This document shows, piece by piece, positions 7,746 through 15,398 of a DNA stretch of 16,446 nucleotides (position 1 is its first letter; every line of letters begins with the position of its first letter). The stretch spans positions 15,519 through 31,964 of the forward strand of contig JAVKIH010000028.1 of the NCBI GenBank assembly GCA_031459625.1. Direction: 5' to 3'. The stretch is from Candidatus Geohabitans tengchongensis. Lineage in GTDB: Bacteria > Sysuimicrobiota > Sysuimicrobiia > Sysuimicrobiales > Humicultoraceae. A program made the position numbers and the translations under genes. The notes under the pieces were generated by a model. That model was not told the origin of the DNA. It made no database searches and saw only the letters and a program-made list of their open reading frames with translations.

Positions 7746-8626
7746 TGCGTCTCCGCGTCCAGGATCCCGCGGCGCCGGGCGCTCCAGAGCCCGGCCTGGT
7801 AGACCAGCCCTCCCATGAGCGCGGCCAGCGCCACGGTCAGGCCGAGCAGCGCCAGCACCGCACCATCGTCCAGGGCGGGGAAGGAGCGCGGGTGGCCGGC
7901 GGGCAGCAGCGCCCGCCGCATCGCCTCCAGCCACCAGGTGACCGGGACGACCCGGGCCGGACCCTGCAGCCATCCCGGGAGGACGGTCACCGGGAAGATC
8001 GCCCCCGAGAGCAGGTAGAGCGCCGCCCCCACCGCCTCGGGCAGCCGCCAGGCCTCGCCCGAGATGAGGAAGACCACTCCCACGAGCAGGAGGCCCATGG
8101 CCACGAGGCCGGCCAGGCCCAGGAGGAAGGCGGCGAGCGCGTAGGCGGCGCGCTCGGGCGAGAAGACGAGCGGCAGGTCCAGCGCCACCACTCCGAGGAG
8201 CAGGGTGATGAGCATGGGGGCGAGCCCGGTGAGCGTCATGCTCAGCCCGCGCCCGACCAGGAAGGCCCAGAACGGGATGGGCGCGGTGTAGACGTAGCGG
8301 ATCATCTTGAAGTGCTCGCGCTCCTCCAGCACCGCCCACCCGAGCCCCTGCATGGTCCAGACGACGTAGGGCCACAGCGCCGCGCCCACCAGGAAGAAGT
8401 CGAGCAGGGGCCCGCGCCGACCGCCGGCCACGACGGCAAACATGAAGACGAGGATGAGCGCGCCGCCGAGCGGCCTGGCGATGGAGTAGATGAAGAAGAG
8501 GAGCGGGTCGGTCCAGTTGGCCTGCACCTGCCAGCCCAGCCAGGCGCCCATGCGCACGGCACGGAGGGCGCTGGCCAGCCTGGAGCGCGGCGGAGCTGCC
8601 ACGGCTCGCGTCACCGGACGGGTCAT
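7739..8626 (-). CDS. ABC-2 type transporter permease
   Basis: Multiple TM segments, LLSGAIFPVTVLPGWL...PVTWWLEAMRRAL; in operon with the ABC ATPase. Confidence 0.88.
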   Translation of the reverse strand: MTRPVTRAVAAPPRSRLASALRAVRMGAWLGWQVQANWTDPLLFFIYSIARPLGGALILVFMFAVVAGGRRGPLLDFFLVGAALWPYVVWTMQGLGWAVLEEREHFKMIRYVYTAPIPFWAFLVGRGLSMTLTGLAPMLITLLLGVVALDLPLVFSPERAAYALAAFLLGLAGLVAMGLLLVGVVFLISGEAWRLPEAVGAALYLLSGAIFPVTVLPGWLQGPARVVPVTWWLEAMRRALLPAGHPRSFPALDDGAVLALLGLTVALAALMGGLVYQAGLWSARRRGILDAETHY

Positions 8627-8645
8627 CTCGCCGGCCCGCGGATGA

Positions 8646-9536
8646 TCACCAGCGGAAGGAGAGGCGCCCCTCGCGCCGGGCCAGGCGCTCCATCAGCCGC
8701 AGCACGCGCAGGGCCAGGGCGGTGAAGAGCACCGCCAGCACGGCGAGTCCGCCCACCTCCCACGCCAGCGGCGCCAGCGCAGGGTGGACGCCGGGGAACA
8801 TCACCTGGCGCAGGCCGTCCAGCGCCAGGGTGATGGGGATGAGCGACGCCACCATCCCCACCCATGGCCCGAGCGCGCGCACCGGGAAGTAGAACCCGCT
8901 CACCAGGTAGACCGGCTCCTGCAGCAGCTGCACGGTGTGCCAGGCCTCCCTCCCCCAGAGGAGGAAGAGGCTGCTGAAGACCATCCCCAGCCCGTAGAGC
9001 GCCACCAGGCCTAGGAGGACGATGGCGGCAAAGGCCGGCCAGGAGCTCACCGGCAGCGGCGCCTGGAAGAGGAGCGCCCCGGTGAGCACGACCACCACCG
9101 CCCGTACCGAGGTCCCCAGCAGCCCGCCCACCGCCATCCCGAGCAGGATGGGCACGAGCCCGCAGGGCGCGGCCAGGTAGAGCTCCAGGTTGCCCTGGTG
9201 CTTCTCCCAGTAGAACTGGGCGGCCATGTTCCACATGACGTTCATCCAGAAGGCCAGCGTGGCCCCGCCCATGATGACGTAGCCGGTGAAGCGCGGCGGC
9301 GCGCCGAGGGCCCGGTAGACGAAGACGAAGGCCACCGCGCCAAGCAGGGGCAGGACGATGTCGTAGAAGAGCCAGGAGGGCTCCCGCATCGCCCCCACGA
9401 CGCGCGGGTAGGCCCGCCCGCGCACCGCGTAGAGGGCGCGGCGCAGGCCGCCGACGCGGGGGACGGAGATCGTCGCGCTCGTCACGGTCGTGGTGACCGG
9501 CCCTCCGCTGCCGTGGTAACTGTCCGCCGCTGCCAT
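8646..9536 (-). CDS. ABC-2 type transporter permease
   Basis: TM-rich, WEKHQGNLELYLAAP, VSGFYFPV, PITLALDGLR. Start uncertain: ATG 9536, GTG 9584 and GTG 9485 are all in frame. Confidence 0.85.
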   Translation of the reverse strand: MAAADSYHGSGGPVTTTVTSATISVPRVGGLRRALYAVRGRAYPRVVGAMREPSWLFYDIVLPLLGAVAFVFVYRALGAPPRFTGYVIMGGATLAFWMNVMWNMAAQFYWEKHQGNLELYLAAPCGLVPILLGMAVGGLLGTSVRAVVVVLTGALLFQAPLPVSSWPAFAAIVLLGLVALYGLGMVFSSLFLLWGREAWHTVQLLQEPVYLVSGFYFPVRALGPWVGMVASLIPITLALDGLRQVMFPGVHPALAPLAWEVGGLAVLAVLFTALALRVLRLMERLARREGRLSFRW

Positions 9537-9570
9537 GGTGACTGTCCGCCGCTGCCATGGTGACTGTCCG
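9505..9570. repeat. 22-bp tandem repeat x3
   Basis: ccgctgccgtggtaactgtccg / ccgctgccatggtgactgtccg / ccgctgccatggtgactgtccg (copies 2 and 3 identical). Confidence 0.95.
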
Positions 9571-9609
9571 CTGCCGGACGTCACGGGCGCCGCTCGCCCG
9601 CCGGCGGCG

Positions 9610-10611
9610 TCACGTCGGCTGGTCCGCCTCCTCCAGCCGGCGGCCCACCAGGGCGATGAAGGCCTCCTCCAGGCTGGGCTCCACCTTCTGCAGCCGCAGG
9701 ATGCGCCGCCCCCGGCGCGCGAGCGCGGCCACCACCTCGGCGATGGCACCGTCGTCGCGCAGGTGGAGGCGGATCTCGGTATGGCCGTCGAGGGTGGCGG
9801 CGTGTACCCGCTCCACCCCGGGGAGGGCTTCCAGGAAGCCCGCGCCGTCGAGGCGCTCCGTGTCCAGGAGGAAGTAGGCGCCCTGCGCCGCCGCGCGCTT
9901 GAGCCCCGCCGGCGTGTCGCAGGCGATGATGCGCCCCTGGTGGATGATGGCGATGCGGTCGCACAGCTCCTCCGCCTCGGCCATGTAGTGGGTGGTGAGC
10001 AGGATGGTGCGGCCCGCCCGTTCACGAGGCCACTGCTGCACGTAGGCGCGGATCACCCGGGCCACCTCCACGTCCAGGCCCAGCGTCGGTTCGTCGAGGA
10101 AGAGGATCCGCGGGTCGGGCAGCAGCCCCCGCACCAGGTTCATCTTCTGCCGCATCCCCGTGCTGAGCTGCTGCACCTTGCGGTCCCGCTCTTCGGTCAG
10201 GCCCACCACGGCCAGCAGCTCGTCGATGCGGGCCAGCGCCTGCCGGGTGGGGATGCCATAGAACTGGGCGAACATCCAGAGCTGCTCGCGGACGGTGAGC
10301 AGCCCGTACCCCGAGTGCTCTCCGCCCGAGACGACGCTGATGCGCTCGCGCACCTGCGGAGCCTGGCGGACGACGTCGAAGCCGTCGACCAGGGCCCGCC
10401 CCGCCGTGGGCAGGAGCAGGGTCACCAGCACTTTGATGAGCGTGGTCTTCCCTGCCCCGTTGGGCCCCAGCAGGCCGAACAGCTCCCCCTCCTGCACCTC
10501 CAGGGAGACCCGGTCCAGGGCCACGACCGGGGCCCCGGTGGGGTTGGCCGGGGAGCGGCGGCCGCGAAAGGTGCGGACCAGGTCCTCCGTGACGATGGCG
10601 GGCTCAGCCGT
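9610..10611 (-). CDS. ABC transporter ATP-binding protein (DrrA-like exporter)
   Basis: Walker A GPNGAGKT, signature LSTGMRQK, Walker B ILFLDEPT, H-loop TTH. Family-like sequence continues upstream of GTG 10524 to an ACG at 10611 preceded by AGAGGAG. Confidence 0.92.
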   Translation of the reverse strand, partial: TAEPAIVTEDLVRTFRGRRSPANPTGAPVVALDRVSLEVQEGELFGLLGPNGAGKTTLIKVLVTLLLPTAGRALVDGFDVVRQAPQVRERISVVSGGEHSGYGLLTVREQLWMFAQFYGIPTRQALARIDELLAVVGLTEERDRKVQQLSTGMRQKMNLVRGLLPDPRILFLDEPTLGLDVEVARVIRAYVQQWPRERAGRTILLTTHYMAEAEELCDRIAIIHQGRIIACDTPAGLKRAAAQGAYFLLDTERLDGAGFLEALPGVERVHAATLDGHTEIRLHLRDDGAIAEVVAALARRGRRILRLQKVEPSLEEAFIALVGRRLEEADQPT

Positions 10612-10773
10612 GCGCGTGCTCCTCTGTGACGGCTCCGGACGAGGGTGACCGCTCCCGGACGGGCGGACGACGCGAGCGGGCCGGCCGGGCGAGGACCCCC
10701 CATGTCGACGGCCTGCTCAGCGAAGGAGCCGCCACGTTGACGGCCTCCCGGCCGGTGCCGGTCCTCGGGTGGG

Positions 10774-11241
10774 CTAGGTGGGAGCCCTGGAGGACACCTG
10801 GGCGGCGATGAGGGCGGCCACCTCTTCCAGGAAGACCCGGTCGGCTTCACTGAACGCCGCCGGGCGGTCGCTGTCGATGTCAATCTCGCCCACCACCCGG
10901 CCGTCCCGGAGGATGGGCACGACGATCTCCGATCGCGTGGACGGGAAGCAGGCCAGGTAGCGCAGGTCCTGGCGGACGTCGTCCACGACCTCGGTGCGGC
11001 CGGAGGCGGCGGCCGCCCCGCAGATCCCCGTCCCGATGGGGATGCGCGTGTGCTCGGTGGCCTGCGGCCCGCGCCAGGGGCCGAGCACCAGGTCTCGCCC
11101 CTGGACCCAGTAGATCCCCACCCAGGAGAAGTGCGGGACGTGCTCGTGCAGGTAGTCGACGACGGCCTGCACGCCGCCGCCCGCCAGGAGCGCCTTCACG
11201 CGCTCCAGCGCCGCGCCGTAGTCCACCCGTGCCGTGGCCAT
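10774..11241 (-). CDS. msrC: GAF-domain protein, free methionine-R-sulfoxide reductase (fRMsr) family
   Basis: WVGIY, LVLGP, IPIGTGICGAAA, VDDV...YLAC...SEIVVPI, GEIDIDS; start ATG 11241. Confidence 0.8.
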   Translation of the reverse strand: MATARVDYGAALERVKALLAGGGVQAVVDYLHEHVPHFSWVGIYWVQGRDLVLGPWRGPQATEHTRIPIGTGICGAAAASGRTEVVDDVRQDLRYLACFPSTRSEIVVPILRDGRVVGEIDIDSDRPAAFSEADRVFLEEVAALIAAQVSSRAPT

Positions 11242-11290
11242 CGTGAGACTCACCGGCGCCTGGCTCCGGGCCAGGCGCCGCCCCCGCCGC

Positions 11291-11299
11291 AGCATAGCA
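11291..11299 (-). promoter_or_regulatory. possible extended -10 element upstream of the GAF gene
   Basis: Minus strand TGcTATGCT ~50 nt before the ATG; no good -35. Confidence 0.3.
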
Positions 11300-11316
11300 C
11301 GCTCACTGCCCGCCCG

Positions 11317-11706
11317 CTACCTGCGGTCCTCCTCCCGGGGGCGGCGGCGCGACAACCGCCGGCGCAGCGCCTGGAACTCCCTCTCCAGCGCGTCGAGCTC
11401 CGCCTCGGTCATGTCCTCGAGGTCGACGAGCCGGGTCCGGGCACCGCGCACCGCCCTGATCAGCTCGTCGAGCTTGAGGTGGATCGCTCGGGCGTCGCGG
11501 TTCTGGGTGTTCTGGATGAGGAAGACGATGAGGAAGGTGACGATCGTGGTCCCCGTGTTCACGACGAGCTGCCAGGTATCGCTGAAGTGGAACACCGGCC
11601 CGGTCGCCGCCCAGCCGACGAGCACGAGCACGGCGGCGATGAAGGCCCAGGGGCTCCCGACCAGCTGCGCCGCGCGCTGGGCGACGCGGTGGAAGAAGTC
11701 CTGCAT
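11317..11706 (-). CDS. low-affinity iron permease (Fet4-like) family membrane protein
   Basis: GSPWAF...WAATGPVFHFSDTWQLVVNTGTTIVTFLIVFLIQNTQNRD..AIHLKLDELI; start ATG 11706. Confidence 0.88.
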   Translation of the reverse strand: MQDFFHRVAQRAAQLVGSPWAFIAAVLVLVGWAATGPVFHFSDTWQLVVNTGTTIVTFLIVFLIQNTQNRDARAIHLKLDELIRAVRGARTRLVDLEDMTEAELDALEREFQALRRRLSRRRPREEDRR

Positions 11707-11723
11707 GCCACCACCCCCCCCGC

Positions 11724-12161
11724 CTACCGGTCGAACCAGAGGGTGTGCGGGCGCAGGTTGCGGGCCAGGCCCAGCTGGGCGGCCATGAGCCGGGTCCACC
11801 CGACGAACCCCTCGATGATGGCGAGCGCCTCCTCCTCCACCTCGTCGGGGTCCAATCCGGAGACCTGGAGGCCGGCCACCATCTCCCCGATGGCATGACA
11901 GAAGGTGTCCACGTCATCGAGGAGCTCCCGCCCGACACGCCGTCCCACAGGCGTCAGCGCCCGCGGACGCCGCGAGGCCGGGGAGAGCGTCGAGCGCTGC
12001 GCCGTCACCCACTCCGCCAGCTCCTCCAGGGCGCCGTAGGCCTCCTCGGGGCTCCGCTCCACGGCCAGCGTGACGAAGACCTGACAGTGACGCCACACCT
12101 GGTGGATGATGGTGGCCAGGAAGCGTTTGTCAGCAGGGGTCAGACCCCGAGCCTGCGCCAC
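11724..12161 (-). CDS. hypothetical protein (145 aa, looks helical)
   Basis: Protein-like composition, fills the gap between co-oriented genes; no recognised motif. Confidence 0.7.
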   Translation of the reverse strand: MAQARGLTPADKRFLATIIHQVWRHCQVFVTLAVERSPEEAYGALEELAEWVTAQRSTLSPASRRPRALTPVGRRVGRELLDDVDTFCHAIGEMVAGLQVSGLDPDEVEEEALAIIEGFVGWTRLMAAQLGLARNLRPHTLWFDR

Positions 12162-12182
12162 CGCAGGCGGCCCGACGGCCGG

Positions 12183-12599
12183 TCAGCCGCCCAGCTCGCG
12201 GGCGAACTGCATGCGCAGCGGCTGCGTGCGGCTCGCCTCGCCACTGGCCAGCTGGCGCTTGCCCTGGAGGATCTGGAACTGGATGCGCTCGATCTGTCGG
12301 AGGATCTGGAAGATGGCGCCCAGCGCGAGCTCGACCTCGGCCTGCAGGAGCTCCCGGGTCTGGGTGGGGCTGTGGTGGGCTCGGTACGTGGCCGACTCCC
12401 ACACCATGGCCAGGCCCCGCCCCTGGTCGATCTCCCGCACCGACTTCACCGACCCCTCCCCGAGGATGTTATCCGCCAAGTTGCGGGCGATGCGCTCGGT
12501 CTGGGAGACAGCAACCGGCGGAGCTTGGGAGGCGGCGCGACCGGGCAGGATCAGGAACACCCCGGCCGCCAGCGCCGCGCAGACGATGCGGGAGATCAT
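12183..12599 (-). CDS. hypothetical exported protein (138 aa)
   Basis: ATG 12599; signal-peptide-like N-terminus MISRIVCAALAAGVFLILPGRAA followed by a polar domain. Confidence 0.7.
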   Translation of the reverse strand: MISRIVCAALAAGVFLILPGRAASQAPPVAVSQTERIARNLADNILGEGSVKSVREIDQGRGLAMVWESATYRAHHSPTQTRELLQAEVELALGAIFQILRQIERIQFQILQGKRQLASGEASRTQPLRMQFARELGG

Positions 12600-12647
12600 G
12601 GCGTCTGCTTCCCCGCGGCCCGGCCCCTCTCCTGCCGGAGGAGCCCG

Positions 12648-13295
12648 GTGACCGCCCCTCCCCGACCCCCCCGTCTGGTGGAGGCCGAGTCCCCGCCGCC
12701 CATCAGCGTGGTGCTCGACCGGCTGCTGACCCACGAGGAGCGCATCACCGTGGGAGAGCTCTTCGACCGGGCGGAGGAACGGGGGTTCGGCCTGTTGATG
12801 ATCGCCCTTGGCCTGCCGATGCTCATCCCCGTGCTCCCGCCCGGCGCCTCGACGGTCGTGGGCGCGCTCTACGCCCTCCTGGCGATCCAGCTCTTCCTGG
12901 GACGGGAGCGCCCCTGGCTCCCGGGGCGGGTGCGGCGCCACGTCCTCTCGGCGCAGACCATGGCGGCGCTGCGGCAGCGGGCCATCCCGCTCGTGCGGCG
13001 CATGGAGCGGTTCTCGCGGCGGCGCTACTCCATCCTCAACCACCCGCTCGTGGTGCGCCTGGCCGCGGTGGTCGTCTTCCTGCTGGGGCTGCTGCTGGCC
13101 AGCCCCGCCCCCTTCATGAACCTGCTGCCGACGCTCGCCATCATGGCCATCGGCTTTGGCCTGCTCAACGACGACGGGGTCTTCGTGCTCGCCGGCATCG
13201 TCGCCGGCGGGGCGGTGATCGGCGCTTTCGCCACGGCGCTGGGGCTATTCGTGGAAGCCGCCCGGCGCCTCTTCCCCTGGTTCTTCGGGCCCTGA
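12648..13295 (+). CDS. exoD: exopolysaccharide synthesis ExoD family membrane protein
   Basis: ITVGELF...RGFGLLM...P...QLFLGRERPWLP...PAPFMNLLP...LNDDG; GTG 12648 with GGAGGAG SD. Confidence 0.85.
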   Translation: MTAPPRPPRLVEAESPPPISVVLDRLLTHEERITVGELFDRAEERGFGLLMIALGLPMLIPVLPPGASTVVGALYALLAIQLFLGRERPWLPGRVRRHVLSAQTMAALRQRAIPLVRRMERFSRRRYSILNHPLVVRLAAVVVFLLGLLLASPAPFMNLLPTLAIMAIGFGLLNDDGVFVLAGIVAGGAVIGAFATALGLFVEAARRLFPWFFGP

Positions 13296-14996
13296 CGCGG
13301 ACGCGGGGACGCCCACCTCCGCCCCGGAGGCCTCCGCCGCGGGGACGGCGGCGTGCACCGCCCCGGCCAGCGTCTGCAGGCCGGCCTCCGCCTCCGCCAC
13401 CCGGACGTGCATGATGCGACGCCCGCGCTCGGCCATCGCCCCGATGTCGCCGAGCGCCTGCGCCAGCAGGAGGGTGCCGAAGGTGTAGCCCGCTCCGGGC
13501 ACCGCGAGGTCCTCCCTCGTCTCGGCCGTCACCACGACGAACGTGCCCGTGTTGGGTCCGCCCTTGAAGTACTGGCCGATGGAGTGGAGGTAGCGCGGGC
13601 CGTACCCGCGCACGGTGGCGACGCGCCGCGTGTCGCGCACAGCCCAGCGCATCGCCGCCAGCGCGTCCTCGGCCTGCCGCGTCCGTGGCGCGTACGCCAG
13701 GAAGGCGGCGTAGGCGGGTGGCTCCAGGTCCCGGAGGAGGTCGGCGAAGGCCTCCGACAGGCGTGCCCCCGGACCCCTGGCGTCCAGCACCCGGACGCCC
13801 GGCGGCGGGGCGTCGGGCAGACGCCCTGCGCGCCGCGCGACCTCCAGCAGGCGGTCCGTCACCGTCTTCGCCAGCTGCACGTCGGGCTCGTCGAAGGGGT
13901 TGATCCCCAAAAGCGCCCCGGCGAGCGCCGTGGCCACCTCCCAGCGGAAGAACTCCTGCCCCAGGTCGTAGGGGTCGTCCACGACCAGCTGCACCACCGG
14001 ATGGCCGGCCCGCACCAGGCGCTCCAGGAGGCCGTCCGTCGCCTCGTCCTGCTCCGCCGCCAGGGTCAGGCGCACGAAGAGGCGGTCGGCGCCGTAGACC
14101 TCGGGCGGCCCCAGCCGCTCCCCCTCCACTGGCAGGAGCCCCCGACCCGCCTTGCCCGTGCTCTCGGCCAGGAGCTGCTCCACCCACGCCCCCAGCGGCG
14201 CCAGAGCCGGGCTCGCCACCAGCGTGACCTTGTCCCGGCCCGCTTCGGCAGCCGACGCCAGGAAGGCCGCGAGCAGCGCGCCGGGGTTGGCCTGGAGGTC
14301 GGGGGAGCGGCAGGCTTCCACCATGGGGCCGGTCCGCCCCAGCAGCCGGGGGACATCCACGCCGCACAGGCGGGCGGGGACGAGCCCGACGTAGGTGAGG
14401 GCGGCGTACCGCCCCCCGACGTCCGGGGGGTTGAGGAAGGTGCGCACGAACGGCGGGTCCGCGGCCTGCGCCGCCAGCGGCGTCTCCGGATCGGTGATGG
14501 CCACGAAGCGGGCGCGCTCCCCTGCCCGCTCCAGCAGGTAGGCGGCCAGCGCGCGGGTCTCTGCGGTCGTCCCCGACTTGCTGCTCACCACCACCACCGC
14601 GCCGTCGAGCCCGCCGGCTTCCGCCTCGCGGATGGCCGCCGGGGCGGTGCTGTCGAGGACGAGGAAGGGCGGGCCCTGACGCGGCAGGACCTGCGCCATC
14701 ACCTCGGGGGCGAGGCTGCTGCCTCCCATGCCGACGAGCAGGACGCGCGCGGCGCGGGGCGGGGACCAGCCCAGCAGTGCCGGCAGAGCGTCCCGCATCC
14801 GCGCGGGGGCGTCCAGCCAGCCCAGGCGCGCGGTGGCGGAGCGCTGCACGGCGGGATCCGTCCCCCACAGGGTCGGGTCGCGCTGCCAGAGCCGCTCGAC
14901 GGCGCGCAGGTCCTGCAGGCGGTCGAGGGCGGCGCGCAGCGCGCGCTCGGCCGACGTCGAGGGCAGGCGGAAGGTTGCGGTCACGGCGCTTTGCAC
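13245..14996 (-). CDS. pgi: glucose-6-phosphate isomerase family protein (resembles PGI half of Tal-Pgi fusions)
   Basis: GMGGSSL, SSKSGTT.ET, GGRY, EQLLAESTGK, INPFDEPDV..AK, GPRYLHS.GQ..KGGP. Start codon uncertain. Confidence 0.82.
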   Translation of the reverse strand: MQSAVTATFRLPSTSAERALRAALDRLQDLRAVERLWQRDPTLWGTDPAVQRSATARLGWLDAPARMRDALPALLGWSPPRAARVLLVGMGGSSLAPEVMAQVLPRQGPPFLVLDSTAPAAIREAEAGGLDGAVVVVSSKSGTTAETRALAAYLLERAGERARFVAITDPETPLAAQAADPPFVRTFLNPPDVGGRYAALTYVGLVPARLCGVDVPRLLGRTGPMVEACRSPDLQANPGALLAAFLASAAEAGRDKVTLVASPALAPLGAWVEQLLAESTGKAGRGLLPVEGERLGPPEVYGADRLFVRLTLAAEQDEATDGLLERLVRAGHPVVQLVVDDPYDLGQEFFRWEVATALAGALLGINPFDEPDVQLAKTVTDRLLEVARRAGRLPDAPPPGVRVLDARGPGARLSEAFADLLRDLEPPAYAAFLAYAPRTRQAEDALAAMRWAVRDTRRVATVRGYGPRYLHSIGQYFKGGPNTGTFVVVTAETREDLAVPGAGYTFGTLLLAQALGDIGAMAERGRRIMHVRVAEAEAGLQTLAGAVHAAVPAAEASGAEVGVPASASGPEEPGEEAPGGFHE

Positions 14997-15083
14997 TTCA
15001 CAGGGCTGGCTATGACGAGCTTACCCCGCCGGCCAGGGGAGGTGTGCCGGCGGAAGACGTCGCATCGGGGTGCGGGGACCGGG

Positions 15084-15159
15084 TGGTGCCGGGGGACGGA
15101 CTCGAACCGCCGACGCCGGGCTCTTCAGGCCCGCGCTCTACCAGCTGAGCTACCCCGGC
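15084..15159 (-). tRNA. tRNA-Phe (GAA)
   Basis: 76-nt cloverleaf GCCGGGG...TAGCTCAG...CGGGC-CTGAAGA-GCCCG...GGTTCGAGTCC...CCCCGGCACCA with encoded CCA. Confidence 0.97.
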
Positions 15160-15172
15160 ACGGACACCAAGA

Positions 15173-15181
15173 ATTCTAACA
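15173..15181 (-). promoter_or_regulatory. probable extended -10 promoter element for tRNA-Phe
   Basis: Minus strand TGtTAGAAT ending 13 nt upstream of the tRNA 5' end, in an AT-rich patch. Confidence 0.5.
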
Positions 15182-15398
15182 CACCCCGCGGGGGCGCGGA
15201 GCGGGCAACCGCTGCCTCACGCGGCACGCCAGCGGACGCCCACCGCCAGGCCTCGGCCAGTCCGCCAGGGTGCCGATGTCCAGCCAGCCCCCGAACCCCC
15301 AGCAGGCATCACTCCAACGCGTGCTGCGGCCACCCCTGCCTCCGGACACGCCGGTGCTGGAGGGGACGCACAGCGGGAGCGCGAAGGGGTCAGGGGTT

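Noticed and set aside
5997..8375. 792-aa minus-strand ORF over thyA-folA
   Set aside because: Shadow frame of well-supported genes; Arg/Gly/Ala-rich with no recognisable fold.
9505..9570. Repeats as a mini CRISPR array
   Set aside because: Units are directly adjacent with no spacers, and no cas genes are present.
11745..12647. N-terminal 300 aa of ORF 11745..13295 as a fusion to ExoD
   Set aside because: Antisense to two plausible minus-strand genes; a strong SD at GTG 12648 marks the real start.
15084..15110. tRNA-Phe 3' end as an integration (att) site
   Set aside because: No duplicate of the tRNA 3' end and no integrase seen in the window; the flanking genes are metabolic.
13353..15179. 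608-aa plus-strand ORF crossing pgi and the tRNA
   Set aside because: Antisense to pgi and overlaps a clear tRNA gene.
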